A stretch of 64,000 bases of DNA, taken from positions 150,040,001 to 150,104,000 of the forward strand of contig OZ024742.1 in the NCBI GenBank assembly GCA_964016885.1, read 5' to 3'. This document shows, in pieces, positions 13,121-27,748 of the stretch (position 1 is the stretch's first letter; the number at the start of each line of letters is the position of its first letter). The notes below the pieces were generated by a model, which worked only from the letters and a program-made list of their open reading frames with translations, was not told where the DNA came from and made no database searches. This DNA is from Eledone cirrhosa. Its lineage: Eukaryota. A program made the translations under genes and the position numbers.

Positions 13121-13736
13121 ATAATGGAATGGCTAATATTTTCTCATTGGGAATAAGTGAGCGAAGGAGAACAAGGGGGGGAGGAGGGTGAAGAAAAGGA
13201 GGAAACTGTGGTAATGGCGGGAGGAACAGTAGAGCTACTGCACTAGGAATTTCCCTTAGCTAACTTTGTAAAAGTTATTCTATATGTATATGATTATCTA
13301 AGTAGTATTTCTAGCTATCATTTATTGAGATTTTCAGTATATCAGTGACAAATAACCTTCACACACACACACACATACACACACAGAATGTGTGTGTGTT
13401 TGTTTGTGTGTGTAGGGCGACGTATTGGCAGAGTAGTTAGAACGTCGGATAGAGTGCTATGTGGTATTCGTTCTGGTTTTCTGCTCTTTCAGTTCAAATC
13501 CCATCATGTGCAACTTTGCCTTTCATCATATCAAAGTCGATAAAAAAGTACCAGCCTAGTACGAGGGTCGATTCTTCCTCTATATCTCTTTCTCACTTCC
13601 TCTCTCTCACTTTCTATCTTTCTCTGGAGGGAATCTGCCTGAAGAGGGATGGCCTCTGCCAGACTTAAAAATAAAAAATACCCCCCAAAACGCCGTATGT
13701 CAATATGGCACCCCTACGATTCCTTCAGAACAATTC

Positions 13737-13812
<76 letters not shown>

Positions 13813-13818
13813 CATATA

Positions 13819-13889
<71 letters not shown>

Positions 13890-14286
13890 GTGTGTATATA
13901 TATATAGGCGTATTTTCATATTATATGCATGTGTGCATATCAGGACATATTTATATGAGGGTGTGTATATGAACCATTGTTTGACCATAAGTATTTGCAT
14001 GTCTAGAGGTTTTGCAGCCATATGTTCGTCTATGGGTGAATATACGTATATGTTTGTGTCTATTTTTGTGGAAAGGCATCGGTAAAACTTTCTTTACTTT
14101 TTTTTTATTTTGTTATCGTTTCACATGCATCTTACCAACAGAACGGTTTCCAATCTGCTGCGCAATCTGTTATCATAAGTGCAATAACACTTTAATGCGC
14201 GAGATTGCACGCAAACAAGGTGGCTGACAAGGTAAAGATGCAGCTGTCTGTTCGTCTTATATAACTGTGGGCATTTACTGTTGATA

Positions 14287-14371
<85 letters not shown>

Positions 14372-14475
14372 AAAGGAAAAGAAAATGGTGACAAATTTTT
14401 CCCAGTGAAAAATAATTTAATTAGGAATAAGTATTGGTTAGTATTCAGTTTTAGTTTTAAGTTTTTAACCCGGAA

Positions 14476-14547
<72 letters not shown>

Positions 14548-14684
14548 ACTGGTTTTTCAACATTATACATATTGTTAGCACCCCAAACACTTAAATTGGG
14601 TTTATATTTAAATATAACCTAATGTTTGTTGAGTGAGATGGTTACCAGTCAGAGTTTAGCTTTAAACTATCTCTGTTATTGTAT

Positions 14685-14743
<59 letters not shown>

Positions 14744-14747
<4 letters not shown>

Positions 14748-15045
14748 ATAAATTAACGGAGGCATAGGCCCTCGCTATTCCCTGTAAATAATGTGCTCAA
14801 AGGAGAAGAGATCCTGAGCTCTTTAAAATACAATATGTTGAAAAGGTAACACACCACACTCTCTGGTGTGTTACCTTTTTAATATATTGTGTATATATAT
14901 ATATATATAAGTCCCGGGTTCAATCTGGGGGTAACCACACTAAGTTAGGTACTCAATACATTAGTAGAGTGTAAACATCAAATTTATTATAGACTTCTAC
15001 AGGACTAGAACTGTTTCATTCGAAAGAAATCATACGGAAAGCCTT
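14744..15045. mobile_element. Short hairpin PLE-terminus remnants (families W and Z) among (TA)n
   Basis: tacaatatgttgaaaaggtaacacacca/tggtgtgttaccttttt palindrome; W relative at 48428-48516. Confidence 0.5.
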
Positions 15046-15365
15046 ATGTGTGTGTGTATGTATCCATGTATTCATTCATATATATGTTTGTTTGTTTGTT
15101 TGTCTGTCTGTGTGTGTATGTATGTATGATACACATATATGTATTCATGGATATATATGTGTGTGTGTTTGTCTGTCTGTGAGTGTGTATATAATAGTTA
15201 CAAGAGTTCCCATCATGTAAGCCTCCTTGTGTCTCAAGTAGAGTTTGTCATGAAATCCTGAGTTATCGTGCTATGGTTTTCAACATAAATCTAATGTGTA
15301 GTGTTTCAGTGATGGTGGTATCCGTAACAATGGTATAGAGGATAAGGTAATTGTACTTGTTATAT

Positions 15366-16176
15366 AATTGTTTCCACTTTTGGCACAAGGCCAGCAATTA
15401 CCCAGTACATTACTGCTACTTTATTTTATCGATCCCGTAAGGATGAAAGGCAAAGTTAACCTCGGCGGGATTTGAACTCAGATTGTAAAGGGACGGAACT
15501 CTTTGCATCAAAGCATGGCGTCCGACCCTCTACTGATACTGCCAATCCATTGTACTTGTTATATAATGGTGACTAGATGGTTTTAGTGGTGATACATGTA
15601 TAATGAGTTATACTTGCTTTTTTAGACCCTAGTCAGCCTTGATTATTCCAGCTATTTCAGGATCTAATTTAAGGGGAAATTTACCGATCTTTCTAACAGA
15701 TATAGGCCTCCTCATTGGCTTATTAGTTCGGATTAAGTGGTTGCTGTATTGGCAGTGATGGCCAGGGCCAGATTTATAGCGGGACAGATGGTGACCCACT
15801 AGCAAGGTGCTCAATCAGCGGCGGTGGGGCCTAGCAAGATAGGTATGCCCTAGGACTACCAGAAGCGTGCGCACTGCTAGGCTTTTTGATTTTATCATTT
15901 AGACACACCAGAACAATTTTTTTAACAAAAGGTATTGAAAAAATCCCATTGTTTAATCTTATATTGTTACCTTTCTTTTTACTAATGTTAGAGTTTCTAC
16001 TTTTGGCACAAGGTCAGCGATTACCCCAGTGCATCACTGGTACTTTATTTTATCGACCTCGTAAGGATGAAAGACAAAGTTAACCTCGGCGGATTTGAAC
16101 TCAGAACGCAGAGGGCCATAACTATGCTGCAAAGCATGGTGTCTGATGCTCTACCGATACTGCCAAACTACCGCCC
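15366..16176 (-). mobile_element. Two tRNA-derived SINE copies (15366-15550, 15993-16176)
   Basis: Reverse-complement matches to the SINE consensus. Confidence 0.8.
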
Positions 16177-16313
16177 TAAACCTGCTTACACGCCAAGCCC
16201 ACACACCAACACACTCGCACACATATACACACACACTCTACACTTTCGTCCTGTGGCGTCCTAATGTTTTCTTAATGTTAACCTTTATGGCGAATAAAGA
16301 AATTATTATTATT

Positions 16314-18984
16314 CGAACCACCTGACCTTCACAAGACCCCAGGAGGTAAGTAAACCTTCCCTGTTCCTTTTAGCCTGCCAACATGGTCATATTAAGAGTA
16401 GGAAGATTAAATGTCCGTAGTCTGAGGACGCCCTGGAAGCAGGGTCACCTGCTCAATGACATCAGGTCTCTACAAATGGATGTAATTGCCGTCAGCGAGA
16501 CCATGATTGCCGACACGCGCGCACTAGCCCCCATTTTCGACGACTATCAGATCTTCCCATCTGTTAATCGGCCGGGAATAGGAGGTGAGGTGGCAGTGCT
16601 GTTTAGAAAAGGCCTCGATCTCGAGGTAAAGTCGATCTTCCAGGACCCGGACGGTAAATTGGTGGTCCTGGACGTGAACAATAGCGAAGGTGGTGCCTTT
16701 AGAATGGTGGCCGTCTACGCCCCTACTGGGGTCGGACGGCCTGACTTCTTTAGGCGCCTGGAAGCCTTTCTGGGTACATGTCACCCTTTACTGTTAGCGG
16801 AGCACTGGGACGGCATCTTAGACGCACGCTGGGAATCATTGGGAGTAGCTGATAGGAGCGGGAGGGGGGGGTGGCATACAAATCCTCAAGTATCTTATCA
16901 TCCAGTTCCAACTGTCTGACAGGTACCGACTAGATTTCCTTAATGCGCCAGTGTGGATCTGGACCAACGGCATAGGATCATCTGGATCGTATATAGACAG
17001 GATTTTCATTAAGAAAATAGATAGAAATAGTGTATGCTGCCCACGTTTTAAAACGGTCACTTATTCAGATCACAAGTTTGTATGGTCGACCTAGATAAGA
17101 CGCGAAGATTTGGTTGGGGAGGCACAAACTTGTGCAATCCCGACCAGGTCCATACACAACCTCCACCTCATGCGATACATCATAGAGACAGTAGGGTGTA
17201 AACCTGGCTTCGATGGGGCTCTGATCAATTTAGATCAATCGAAAGCATTCGATAGGGTCGTGAAGGCTGTCCTCAAGGTAGCTGGCTTCGGCCCCGTCTT
17301 CAGAAGCTGGATCGCTGCAATGTGGTCAAAGTTAATGGCCACCTCTCGGAACCATTTAAGATCTCCCGATCGGTCCACGATGGGTGTCCTCTCTCCTCCA
17401 TTCTGTGCATATTGACTCTCGAACTTTTACTGCGGAAGCTGGGGCTGTTGCAGGGCATCTCGCTCGAACTGGAACGCGGAAAGGCTGTGTCTGCTTATAC
17501 AGACGACATCATCATGATGGTGTCGGACACTTTGGAAATCGAGGCGGTCGATACCCTTTTGGAGAAATATGAAAGGTTGACGACAGCGAAACTTAACCAG
17601 GAAAAGTCGGTGGGCTTGCAGCTCGCCACCTGGAGAGGCAAATCCAGGCTGTCCAACAGCGTCGTTGGGCGCTGAACGGATGGCCCAGTAAAGTTGCTCT
17701 GGGTTTTGTTCGGCCCAGAATTGGAACGAGGTGATGGTCAGGGTAGCCAGTCTCGCCCAAAAATAGGCTGCGAGGAAGCTGTCACTGAAAGGTCGGGTGG
17801 AGGTGGCGAATGCGTACATTGCGTCCGTCATCTACTATCACCTGACCGTCGTGCCTTGCCCCCGTCCGCGCCTCGCTAAGTTGGAACGGCTCCTCTTCAA
17901 CATCTTGTGGAGGGGACAGGTTCTGTTAGTGAGGCGATTCATCTGCTGCCAACAACCTCTACGCGACTAATGATGCGCAGACATACGCTGAGGCTGTGGC
18001 ATCTCCAGATATTCTGCCTAAACGGTGAACAGGTGTGGTCGCCGTTTGTGAGACGGGCCTTTCCGCAGCTCGTCTCTTTGACTGAGCTGTAGTCCTGGGT
18101 CAAGAAGAGACCGAGACTGGGTGACTAGCATCTCAAATATTACCAAGCACACACTGCCCTCTACCAGGCGGGCAATGCGGTCAGTGGAACTTCCACTCTT
18201 GAATTCTATAGAGGATTAGTGGTGGGTAAGTGCTACGACGCACTCGGAGAGGCTCGGAGGCGTCGGCGAAGTCGAACCGATCAGTCTGTTCCTGAGGACC
18301 TTTGAGTCTTGGACGATGAATAACTTCCAGAAATCCCTCCTTTGGCAGTGCTACTGGGGGACACTGCCGGTTCGAGATAAACTGTTCTGCATGCATTCGT
18401 CCAGTATCCCTACATTACTGACTGGTGGAGTTATGTCGAATAGCTGTTGTTGCGTGTAGAACGGATCCGGCTATCGGCCGAGTCCATAGTGAAGATCGAC
18501 CCACCGCCTTCTTTTGGCCAGAAAGGGCAGGCAATTTTCCTCTGTCTGGTGGCAGTTGTGAAAGAGGTTGTATGGTGGAACAGGTTAAAAGGACTGAAGA
18601 CAGACACTTTTCTCTTCGGCCAATCCCTCATCAACTTCTTCAAGGTGATAGTGGAGAGAGAAGTGCTCCCCCTCCCCGTACATTTGCTAAACGGTGGATG
18701 AGTGGGGCGAGAATGGCCCGTGTGATCACGCGCATGTAGACTGGTTAATTTGAGGAGGAGAGTGGTGCCCGCCTCGGGTGCCCTAGAAGCGTCGGGTGGT
18801 TCAAGATTTGTGGGGTACCTGAGTCACCCCTGGCTGGTTCAAATCCTATTGGGGAATTTATTTTGTCATTTTTATACATAGTTTATTTGATATTTTTTCA
18901 TTGTTAAATTTTTTTCGCTATTGCGCACTTTTATTCGAGCTTATTGTAACACCCTCACTGTCCGTGTCTTTGTATTGTTCCCTA
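16314..18984 (+). mobile_element. Tx1/L1-clade LINE, degraded, with internal deletion
   Basis: APE endonuclease (LNVRSL, AVSET, VAVYAP, IDRIF, SDHK), RT (LDQSKAFDRV, SVHDGCPLS, AYTDD) and C-terminal region with many stops; the tether and RT N-terminus present in the 22-kb copy are missing near 17100. Confidence 0.9.
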
Positions 18985-19316
18985 CATAGAGTTACGGCCC
19001 TTTCCATTCTTAGTTCAAATCCCGCCGAGGTTAACTTTGCCTTTCATGCTTACGGGGTCGATAAAATAAAGTACCAGTAATGCACTGGGTAATTGCTGGC
19101 CTTGTGCCAAAAGTCTAAATAATAATAATTGTTTCTACTATTGGCACAAGGTCAGAAATTACCCAGTACATTACTGGTACTTTATTTTATCGACCCCGTA
19201 AGGATGAAAAGCAAAGTTAACCTCGGCGGGATTTGAACTCAGAATGGCAAATGCCGTAACTCTATGCGTTAAAGCATGGCGTCTGACCCTCTACCGATAC
19301 TGCCAATTCACCGCCC
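18985..19316. mobile_element. Tail-to-tail SINE pair sharing an (AAT)n spacer
   Basis: Plus copy 18985-19115 and minus copy 19128-19316. Confidence 0.8.
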
Positions 19317-19683
19317 TTCGAAATAATAATAATAATTATTATTATTATTATTGCTATTGGCGACCTACGTAGGAAATCGTATTATCGTGAGCTCCACAAA
19401 GGTTTGTTGTTTTCAGTTGTTTCAAATTGCCAATTATGGAAAATTTTTGTTGTTAAGTGTTTATAAGTTCACATATATTGCTTTCTGAAAAGGACACTCA
19501 ATAATATTGGGGCCTTGAGCCCCCAAAATTTAATCTTTATATTTATCACACAAAATTTTTCTTTGAAGAAAAAAACATGGACGGCATTCAGCCACCCAAA
19601 GCTGACAGCCTTTCTAACAGACTAACATGCCCCACTATCACCATTGTAAACCTTGCCACGGTTGCCAACACTGAAAATATAAT

Positions 19684-21695
19684 TACAGTGAGTCCTCGAT
19701 ATACGGTATATATGCGTTCCTGAAACCCTTACCGTATATCGAGTTACCGTATAAAGAACCCATTATAACATGAAATAGATAGGGATGCGTTCCAGCACAT
19801 CGAAAAAGTCATCCGTACAGAAAAGAAATAATGTTTTTTTTTATTTACTGTACCTTACACATGCCGCGTAGTCCATCAGATGATGTGCCTCTTCATTTGT
19901 CCCTCCCGAGGCTAAGGGATAGTATGGGTTTCAGCCCTAACTCATCTTGGGCTGAGTTGGCAGGGGAGAAGGAGGGTGATGTGGGAGGCTCAAAACCAAC
20001 AAACTTGTTGACTGCAGTGGATGTTGAAGGGCCAGCTGTAGCACGGTTGGCAGGTGTGACTGGCTTGAAGAAAGAGTAGATGGAGGACTGTTTGGCGTTG
20101 TTTCTTTTGGCTTCATACATTTCTTGATAAATCTTGATGCTTTTCTCGACGTCTTGAGCCACTTTACTGCTCCTAGCAGGTTTGGGGTCACGCTCCTTCA
20201 GGGTTTCTAAGATTGTTTTCTTACTCCCGAGACATTCTCTTAGAGTTTTTATGTCCAAGCCACGCACAGGTTCTTCTTCCTTCTCTTCTTGTTCTGTCTC
20301 CTGTATCGCCTGTCCAGTTCTATGAGTTCATTATTGGAGCGTGGTTCAGCGTGGCTTTCCAAAAGGTCTTGCACATCATCATAATTAACACCATCGAAGC
20401 CAGCTCTATGGCAGAGATTTACAATATCTTTTTTTCATCGCATCAATATCCTCAGCAAAGCTTTGGAAGTCATTCACACATGCTGACCATAATTTCTTCC
20501 AAGTTCATGGTAGACTGCTTCACTTCTTCCCAAGATGCCTTGATGTTGTACAATTTCCACCATTCCCTGATCGTGGGCTTGGCAGGCCCATCTGTGTCCT
20601 TTATCAGCTGATGCATGGTTCTTCGCGGGTAGTATGCCTTAAATGTTTTGATAACTGTTTGATCCATCGGCTGAAGGAGAGCTGTGGTGTTTCGGGGGAG
20701 AAACAAAACCTCAATATTTTCTGACCAGTCTTCCATTGCCCGTGGCTGGCTGGGAGGGTTGTCCACTAATAGCAGAAAACGGTTGGCAATGTTGTTAGCT
20801 AATGCATATTCCTTAAGGGTTGGTGACAGATATGAGGTGAAAAAATCCTGGTGAATTGAAGTGATTAGCCATGCCATCTTATTAGACTTCCATATCACTG
20901 GTAGGTATTGCTTAAGTAACCTCTTGAATGCTCTTGGAGTTTCAAAATGGTAGATAATGAGTGACTTTAGCTTTAAATCTCCTTCTGAATTCCCTCCAAG
21001 TAACAGAGTAACGCGGTCCTTTGAGGCTTTGAACCCCTTCGCACTTTTCTCCTCCTTGTCAATATAAGTATTACTGGTCATCTTTTCCCAATAAAGTCCA
21101 GTTTCGTCATAATTAATAACCTGTTTTTTGCTGTACCCCTTCTCTGCAATGCATTTCTCTAACTCTGCTTTGAATTTTTCAGCACTCTCTTTGTCGGAAC
21201 TGGCAGCCTCACTTGTAACGTTTATGTTGTGAAGATTCGAACGTCGTTTGCTTGCCTTGAATACAAAGTCCTCCACCCCCAATTCAGTTTTGAGCCTGGC
21301 AATAATGGGCAATGCTTTCTCACTGATTACATTTAAAGACAGAGGCATATTTTGACGATTTTGGTCGTCGATCCAAATTTTGAGCAAATTTTCCATCCTA
21401 TCCATAATCGGCTCACGATGTTTGGTCAACAATTTACTCTGTAGACTCGTAGTATTCTCCCCAACAGCCTCACTAATTTTTAAAACAGTCCAGACTGTAG
21501 ACTGGCTTAGGCCTAAGTTACGACTTATGGCGGACGTACCTTGCCCCTGTTCCTTCCTTTTCAAAATGTCCAGCTTTATTTCCAAAGTCAGGCTCTTCCT
21601 GATGCGTTTGGCCTTTCCATCTGCATCAGCAATATTCGCAGGACGTTTTGGGGCCATGAAATATGAGGTTATAAGAATGCCGTGATAATTATGCT
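19684..21695 (-). mobile_element. Tigger/pogo (TcMar) DNA transposon with one TIR retained
   Basis: TA + CAGTGAGTCCTCGATATACG terminus at 19684; transposase inside; the other TIR was not found. Confidence 0.85.
19893..21657 (-). pseudogene. Tigger (TIGD1-like) transposase: HTH-psq, CENP-B HTH and DDE_1 domains, frameshifted C-terminus
   Basis: MAPKR start, RKSLTLEIKLDIL, NYDETGLYW, FKASKDRVTLLLGGN, LLLVDN, LQPMDQTVIKTFKAYY; continues in ORF 19893-20267. Confidence 0.9.
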
Positions 21696-21699
21696 CCCA

Positions 21700-24600
21700 A
21701 AACACGCCGCATTAAATTTGAACAACAACCAATTACACTACATCCCAAACAACACCAGCATCACAGAAAAAGACTACACAACACCCCCACAAATACAAAT
21801 CACTCGCATCACACAGAAAACGTACACGACACTAAAATTAAAATTTCCCAAGGACATCGGAGACTTCCGACAAACACTCTCCAGGAGGATTTATAAAGAC
21901 ATCCTTCCGGAGAGGGCCACAAGCAGTGAGAAGGACGTAAACACCACCCTTCCTCCACGAGAAGTGAGGTAAGGGGTCTTTCCAATCTTTTTCCACTCCT
22001 TTTCAACATGACCTCACTCAGAATAGGCAGCATAAATGCGCGTGGCCTGGGGTCGTCATGGAAGCAGGGCCACCTACTCAACGACCTAAGGTAACTAAAG
22101 ATAGATGTGGTGGCCATCAGCGAGACCAGAATCTCCGAAGCACGAGCCTTCGCACCGATCTTCGGCGGCTACTATGTATACGCATCTCCCAGCCGTGCTG
22201 TGCTTTTTCGGAGAGGCTTGGATCTCGCCATACGGGCCATCTTCCTTGACCCAGAAGGTAAGTTGGTGGTGCTGAACATGACCAGCGGAGACGGGCAAGC
22301 TTTCAGGCTAATGGCTGTCTATGCCCCAACAGGAGCAGGGCGGCCTGATTTCTTCCGGCGTCTGGAGACCTTTCTTGGAACGTCCCGCTCTTTAGAGTTA
22401 GTGGGCGACTGGAACGGGATCTCAGATGCACGCTGGGACTGTGTGGGATTAGCGGATAGGGGAGGAGGGTGTAAAAGCTTCGCAAACCTGCTCAGACGGT
22501 TTCAACTGTCTAACAGGTACCGTCTGGATTTCCCAAATGTGCCAATGTGGACATGAACAAACCGCATCGGGTCATCCAGATCATATCTAGATAGGGTATT
22601 TTGTAGGGAAATAGATAGGTCTAGCATAGGCTGTCCACATTGCAAAATAGTCGACTACACGGACCACAAATTCGTTATCTGTGAGGTTGACTTAGATAGG
22701 CTTCATAGACAGGGACCCGGCTAGTGGAACCTAAACGCGTCGTTAACAGCGCACAAGGCCTACAGAGACCGGATTAGCGAACTAGTTAATCGGGCGTTGA
22801 CGGGGGCCATCGTGGTTTGCTCTGAAAAGAGCGATTAGAATAGAGTCCATTAGGTTTAGTAAGGCGTTAGCAATAGAAAAAAATAGAGCAGAGGGAGAAC
22901 TAGTTAGAAAATTAGACGAGGCTCTTAGTAAAGGCGTGCTTGCGGCGTAATTGGCCCTTGATCAATTCTTCAATGCAAAGCACGAAGGCTGCGTTGTCAG
23001 AGCTAGGGTGCGTGCTCTCAGACACGAAGGAACGAAAGCCGTTCAATGGGCCCGAGTGGCGGAGGCGCGTCGTGGCAACAAAGCCTCGATCCGGTCTTTG
23101 GTGGACCACAATGGGCGCATTTTACTCGATCCCGGGCAAATGTGTGAAGTTTTTCAGCGACACTTCGCTCAGCTGTTCGGGGTCAGCGGCGGGCCGGATC
23201 GAGGGATGGACTTTAGTGCCTACCTCGACGGACTGCCGCGGCTCTCGACCACTGAGGCGGAGTGTTGCGAAAAGCCGATAACAGCCGCTGAAGTACGGGA
23301 GGCATGACTGGTGCACAAGGGGTCAATCGCCTGGTTTGGATGGTCTGCCCTACGAACTTTACGTACACATGCCAAACTTGTTCGGAGGCCTCTTGGCTGA
23401 CGTCTACTGCAACTGGCAACAGAACGGGAGAATTCCCAGCTCTGTGAGCAGAGGAGCGGTGGCGCTGCTGAGAAAGGATCCGAACAAGGGGATAACATAG
23501 ATAATTTCAGGCCCATAACTCTGCTAAACACAGAGTTCAAGATTTTGGCCAAGGTGCTAGCAAAGAGGTTGGCGCTTGTCGTTGGTGGTCTGGTGGGTGA
23601 GGCGCAGACATGCGCCATTCCCGACAGATCCATCCACGACAACCTCCACCTCATGCGATACATCGTAGAGAGGGTAGCTAGGGAACCTGGTACGGGTGGG
23701 TCCTTGATCAATTTAGATCAGTCGAAAGCTTTCGATAGGGTCGACCATCGTTACCTAGCGGCAGTCCTGAAGGCGGCTGGCTTTGGGCCCGTCTTCAGAG
23801 GCTGGATCTGTGCCATGCACAGCGACATCTGCTCTGTGGTTAGAGTGAACGGTCACCTTTCGGAACCGTTCAACATCATGCGCTCGGTCCGCCAAGGATG
23901 TCCCTCTCGTCCTTCTTGTACGTATTGACTCTCGAGCCATTACAGATCCGTGTCAGCATATGCGGACGATGTCGCCGTAGTGGTGTCGAACGCCAAACAC
24001 ATCGAGGCGATCGGCACTACACTAAGAGAATACGAAGCGGTGACAGGAGCAATGATCAATCAGGAAAAGTCAGTGGGCCTGCAATTCGGCACCTGGAGAG
24101 GCAGGTCCATGCCGTCCAACAGCGTCGTCGGGCGCTGGACGGACGGACCGTTAAATTTCTAGGGATCTGGTTCGGTCCGAACCTTCAGACGGACAAAAAC
24201 TGGGACGGGGTGACGAGCAGGGTGGCTTCTCTCACCCAGAAATGGGCGGAGAGGAAGCTATCCCTGAAAGGTCGAGCGGAGGTGGCTAACGCGTACATTG
24301 CGTCCGTCATCTACTACCGCTTGACCGTCGTACCTTGTCCTAAGCCTCGCCTGACTGCGCTGGAGCGTTTGCTCTTTCGCTTTTTGTGGAAGGGACGCGC
24401 TCCGATGGTCAGGTGGTCCATCTGCTGTCAACACCCGCTACGTGGAGGGCTGGGCATGCCGTAGCTGATGATGCGCAGACACGCGCTCAGGCTACGACAT
24501 CTCCACCTCTTCCTCGACGGTGATCAGGTGTGGTCGCCGTTTGCTAGACGCGTCTTTCCCCAGCTCGTCTCCTTCACGGAGCTGCAGTCCTGGGTCAAGC

Positions 24601-25577
24601 GAAGACCGAGAGGGAGCGCTTGGAGACTGGAATGTCTTCAGGCGCTCACAGCCCGCGACCAATCGGGCAATGTGATCGGTGGAAACTCCACCTTGGCGTT
24701 CTATAGAGGATTAGTGGAGGGGAAGAGCGACGACGTACTTGGAGAAACTCTAGGCGTCGACGAAAATCAACTAGCCAATCTCTTCGGAAGAACTTTCGGG
24801 CCAGAGCCTATGGACAACTTCCAGAAATCCCTGGCCTGGCAGTGCTACCAAGGAGCTTTGCCAGTTCGGGATAAACTCTACAGGCATGGAGGTGCCGTCA
24901 GCCGGGCATGTCCGAGATGCGCGCAGGGCGACGAAACCGTCCTGCACGCACTCGTCCAGTGTCCGAGCATTGCTGACTTGTGGGTTTATGTCGAACACCT
25001 GCTGTCGCGTGTAGGATGGATCCAGCTATCAGCTGAGTCCATCGTGAGGATTGCCCCGCCCGCTTCCTTTAGCCGGGAAGGGCAGGCAGTTTTTATCTCT
25101 CTGGTGGCCATGGCGAAAGAGATAGTATGGTGGACACGTTTGAAAGGACTGAAGACGAGCACTTACCCCTTCGGTGATGCTCTGATTAACTTTTACAAAT
25201 TTCATTTGAAAAGGAAAATCAGGGTAGAGAGGAAAGTGCTCTCTTCCCAGCATTTTGTTGAAAGATGGGTGAGAGAAGCAAGTATGGCCCGAGTGAATGG
25301 GCCTACTTTGAGTATGTGTCTGCAAATTAAAGGTGGAAAACTGGGAGAGGGCAATTGCCCTGGTGGTCAGGGTCACTTGTGGCTTTTAATGGGCTTTCTC
25401 CACAAATGTCCCTCGGAAGTCTCCTCCCTCTTGGGGAATTTTTTCATTGTTTTTTTTTTGTTACATCCTCTGTTTTTGTTTTTTTACACGCAGAAATGTC
25501 CATTTGTACCATCCTGTATTGTCCTGTACTGTCCTTAATGTCTACTTTATGTAAACCCTTGTGGTTAATAAAGAAAG

Positions 25578-25616
<39 letters not shown>
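21700..25616 (+). mobile_element. Tx1/L1-clade LINE: ORF1 3' part, near-complete disrupted ORF2 (from 22008), 3' UTR and (ATT)n tail
   Basis: INARGL, GDWNG, DHK, SPGLDGLPYE, FRPITLLN, LDQSKAFDRVDH, VRQGCP, AYADD and CPRC-x8-H-x4-C knuckle; AATAAA then att repeats. Confidence 0.92.
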
Positions 25617-25630
25617 CATTTGTCCAAATG

Positions 25631-25846
25631 AGGGCGGTGGATTGGCAGAGTCGGTAGAGCGCTTTGGACTACATCCTTTGTGGCATGTAGTTACGGCCTT
25701 CTCAGCTCAAATCCCGCTGAGGCTAAGCTTTTCCTTTCATCCTTACGAGGTCGATAAAATAAAGTACCAGTAATGCACTGGGGTCAATTTAATCGACTTT
25801 ACCTTCCTCCAAAATTGCTGGCCTTGCGCCTGTATAAGAAACCATT
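25631..25846 (+). mobile_element. tRNA-derived SINE
   Basis: Full head/core/tail match. Confidence 0.8.
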
Positions 25847-26840
25847 ATTTTACCAAATGTCCAGACATAAAACTAGTTGAGTGATTGCTGTATGATTTGG
25901 TAGGAAGCTATGCCGATAAATTGATGAAATTTTGCTTCGTGTTAAATGATTTAATACGTTTTTTTTTTCCAATTGAATATTCTTGGATTTTATTACATGT
26001 AGTTAATGAACTAATATGTTTATGTTTTGTGTATGTGAAATACTTGGTAATTTTCCAAATAGAAGGAAAAATGTGAGTAATAAAAGATAAAAATTAAATA
26101 AATGATAAAGATTCAACTAATTTTTAATGACATTCTATAGAATGCCGTGCAGGTCAAAAGATGATTTAGAAACAAGATATAGATTAGATGAGGTTCAAAT
26201 AAAATAATTCAGTGGTTTATAATACAATTTTTAATATTTAATTTTAGATCAATTCCATTATTTCTAGTGAAAACTGAAGAAAAATATTTATCAAATAAAA
26301 TATGTAAATGAAAATTATTATGTGTAAGATAATCATTATCATCATTAAATTGTGGGATAATAAATTTGGGATTTAGTGAAGAATATACATAATTTTAAAG
26401 TTCTCCACTGTTTTTACTTAGAAGTATTTCAGTTATATCCTACCTTTATCATCTTGCATCCCTAACGTAAGGCAATCGTTTTAATTTGTCAGTATTTTAA
26501 AGATATATATATATATATTTGTATTTTGAACGGAGTTTCCTCGGCCTCTTGTACATTTTAACAGTATCTGATGAGCATTTGAAATTGTTTTCAGATACTG
26601 TAGAGAGCAAAACATAGTTAATTAAAAGAGCAGATAAAATGTTAAAAGCTTTGAAGATTTATTTGACACTTGTGCAAGAAGAAAAAAGACTGAAGACAGT
26701 TAAGAATTTCTTAAATAGGTAGGTCTCAGTTTTTGCCGCGTACTTTATTTCTCGACATGGGGAGGATGAAAAGAAAAGTCGCCTTGAACTTGGACAACAC
26801 CGCACTAATGATTCATAAATCTACGCTAGTTAATGTTAGT

Positions 26841-27014
26841 TACTATATTTCCTGGCGCCGAAGACGCTTCGTCCTCGAGGATGCACCCTAATTTTGACAA
26901 CCAAAAATTTGAAAATAAATAAAATAAACAACCTTTGGCCTCCAGGACGCATGGTAAATTTTTGAGACTTATTTTAGGGAAAAAGTAGCGTCTTCGACGC
27001 TGGTAAATACGGTA
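26841..27014. mobile_element. TcMar-type MITE
   Basis: Imperfect TIRs tactatatttcctggcgccgaagacgc / gcgtcttcgacgctggtaaatacggta with terminal TA. Confidence 0.7.
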
Positions 27015-27748
27015 ATTTATAAGAAATAGAAAGAAAACGTGTTTGAATAAAATTAAGAGAATATGTTTTTAGAATTAGTTCAAACAATAGAACTATCTTT
27101 AATAATTTCAAAACATTCTAAAATGGTCAGTGATGTTATTATGGCCGTGTTATTTAGAACATGATAATTACTGAGCTCGACCTATTACATTCTGAGTTCA
27201 AATCCTGCTGAGGCTAGCTTTGCCTTCGATAAAATAAAACACCATTAACGTATTGAAGTCGATTTAATCTACTTTTCTCTCCCCCCCAAATTGTTGACCT
27301 TGTGTCTAAATCAGAAGCCATTATTTTCTCTGGCTCACTGTTACAGAGTATCGTTTGTTGTTTTAGAATCTAACACATAATTAGAAAAATGTCACTGGCT
27401 GTTCTTTATTTATTTACTTATTCTGTGCTTCAATTACTAAACGGCAATAGTAGTGAAAGTAGGTAGAGAATACAGAAGCATATTCCTGATTTCTTGGTGA
27501 TAAAGTGACATTTTGTCAATACATTTTGCTCTTCGCAGAATTTGAAACTAATACAACACACGCAGTATCAATTTCTAATTAATTGGGCTAGATCGTTGAG
27601 AGTTAAATGTATTTGTTGTTTCCAAGGATATTTTGTTTGGAACCTACAGATTCGGAGAGAGCACAACCTTGTTTTTATTTTACTATTTCTTCGCTCTTGG
27701 TGTCTTGCTGTGAAAAACCTAAGCCCAGATAATTCTACCACGTTAAAT

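Noticed and set aside
19893-21657. Domesticated TIGD/CENP-B host gene
   Set aside because: A TIR is retained and the frame is disrupted, so it is a transposon copy.
26561-26601. Hammerhead (CTGATGA...GAAA inside an 11-bp hairpin)
   Set aside because: No convincing stem II or III; overlaps a possible splice acceptor; likely chance.
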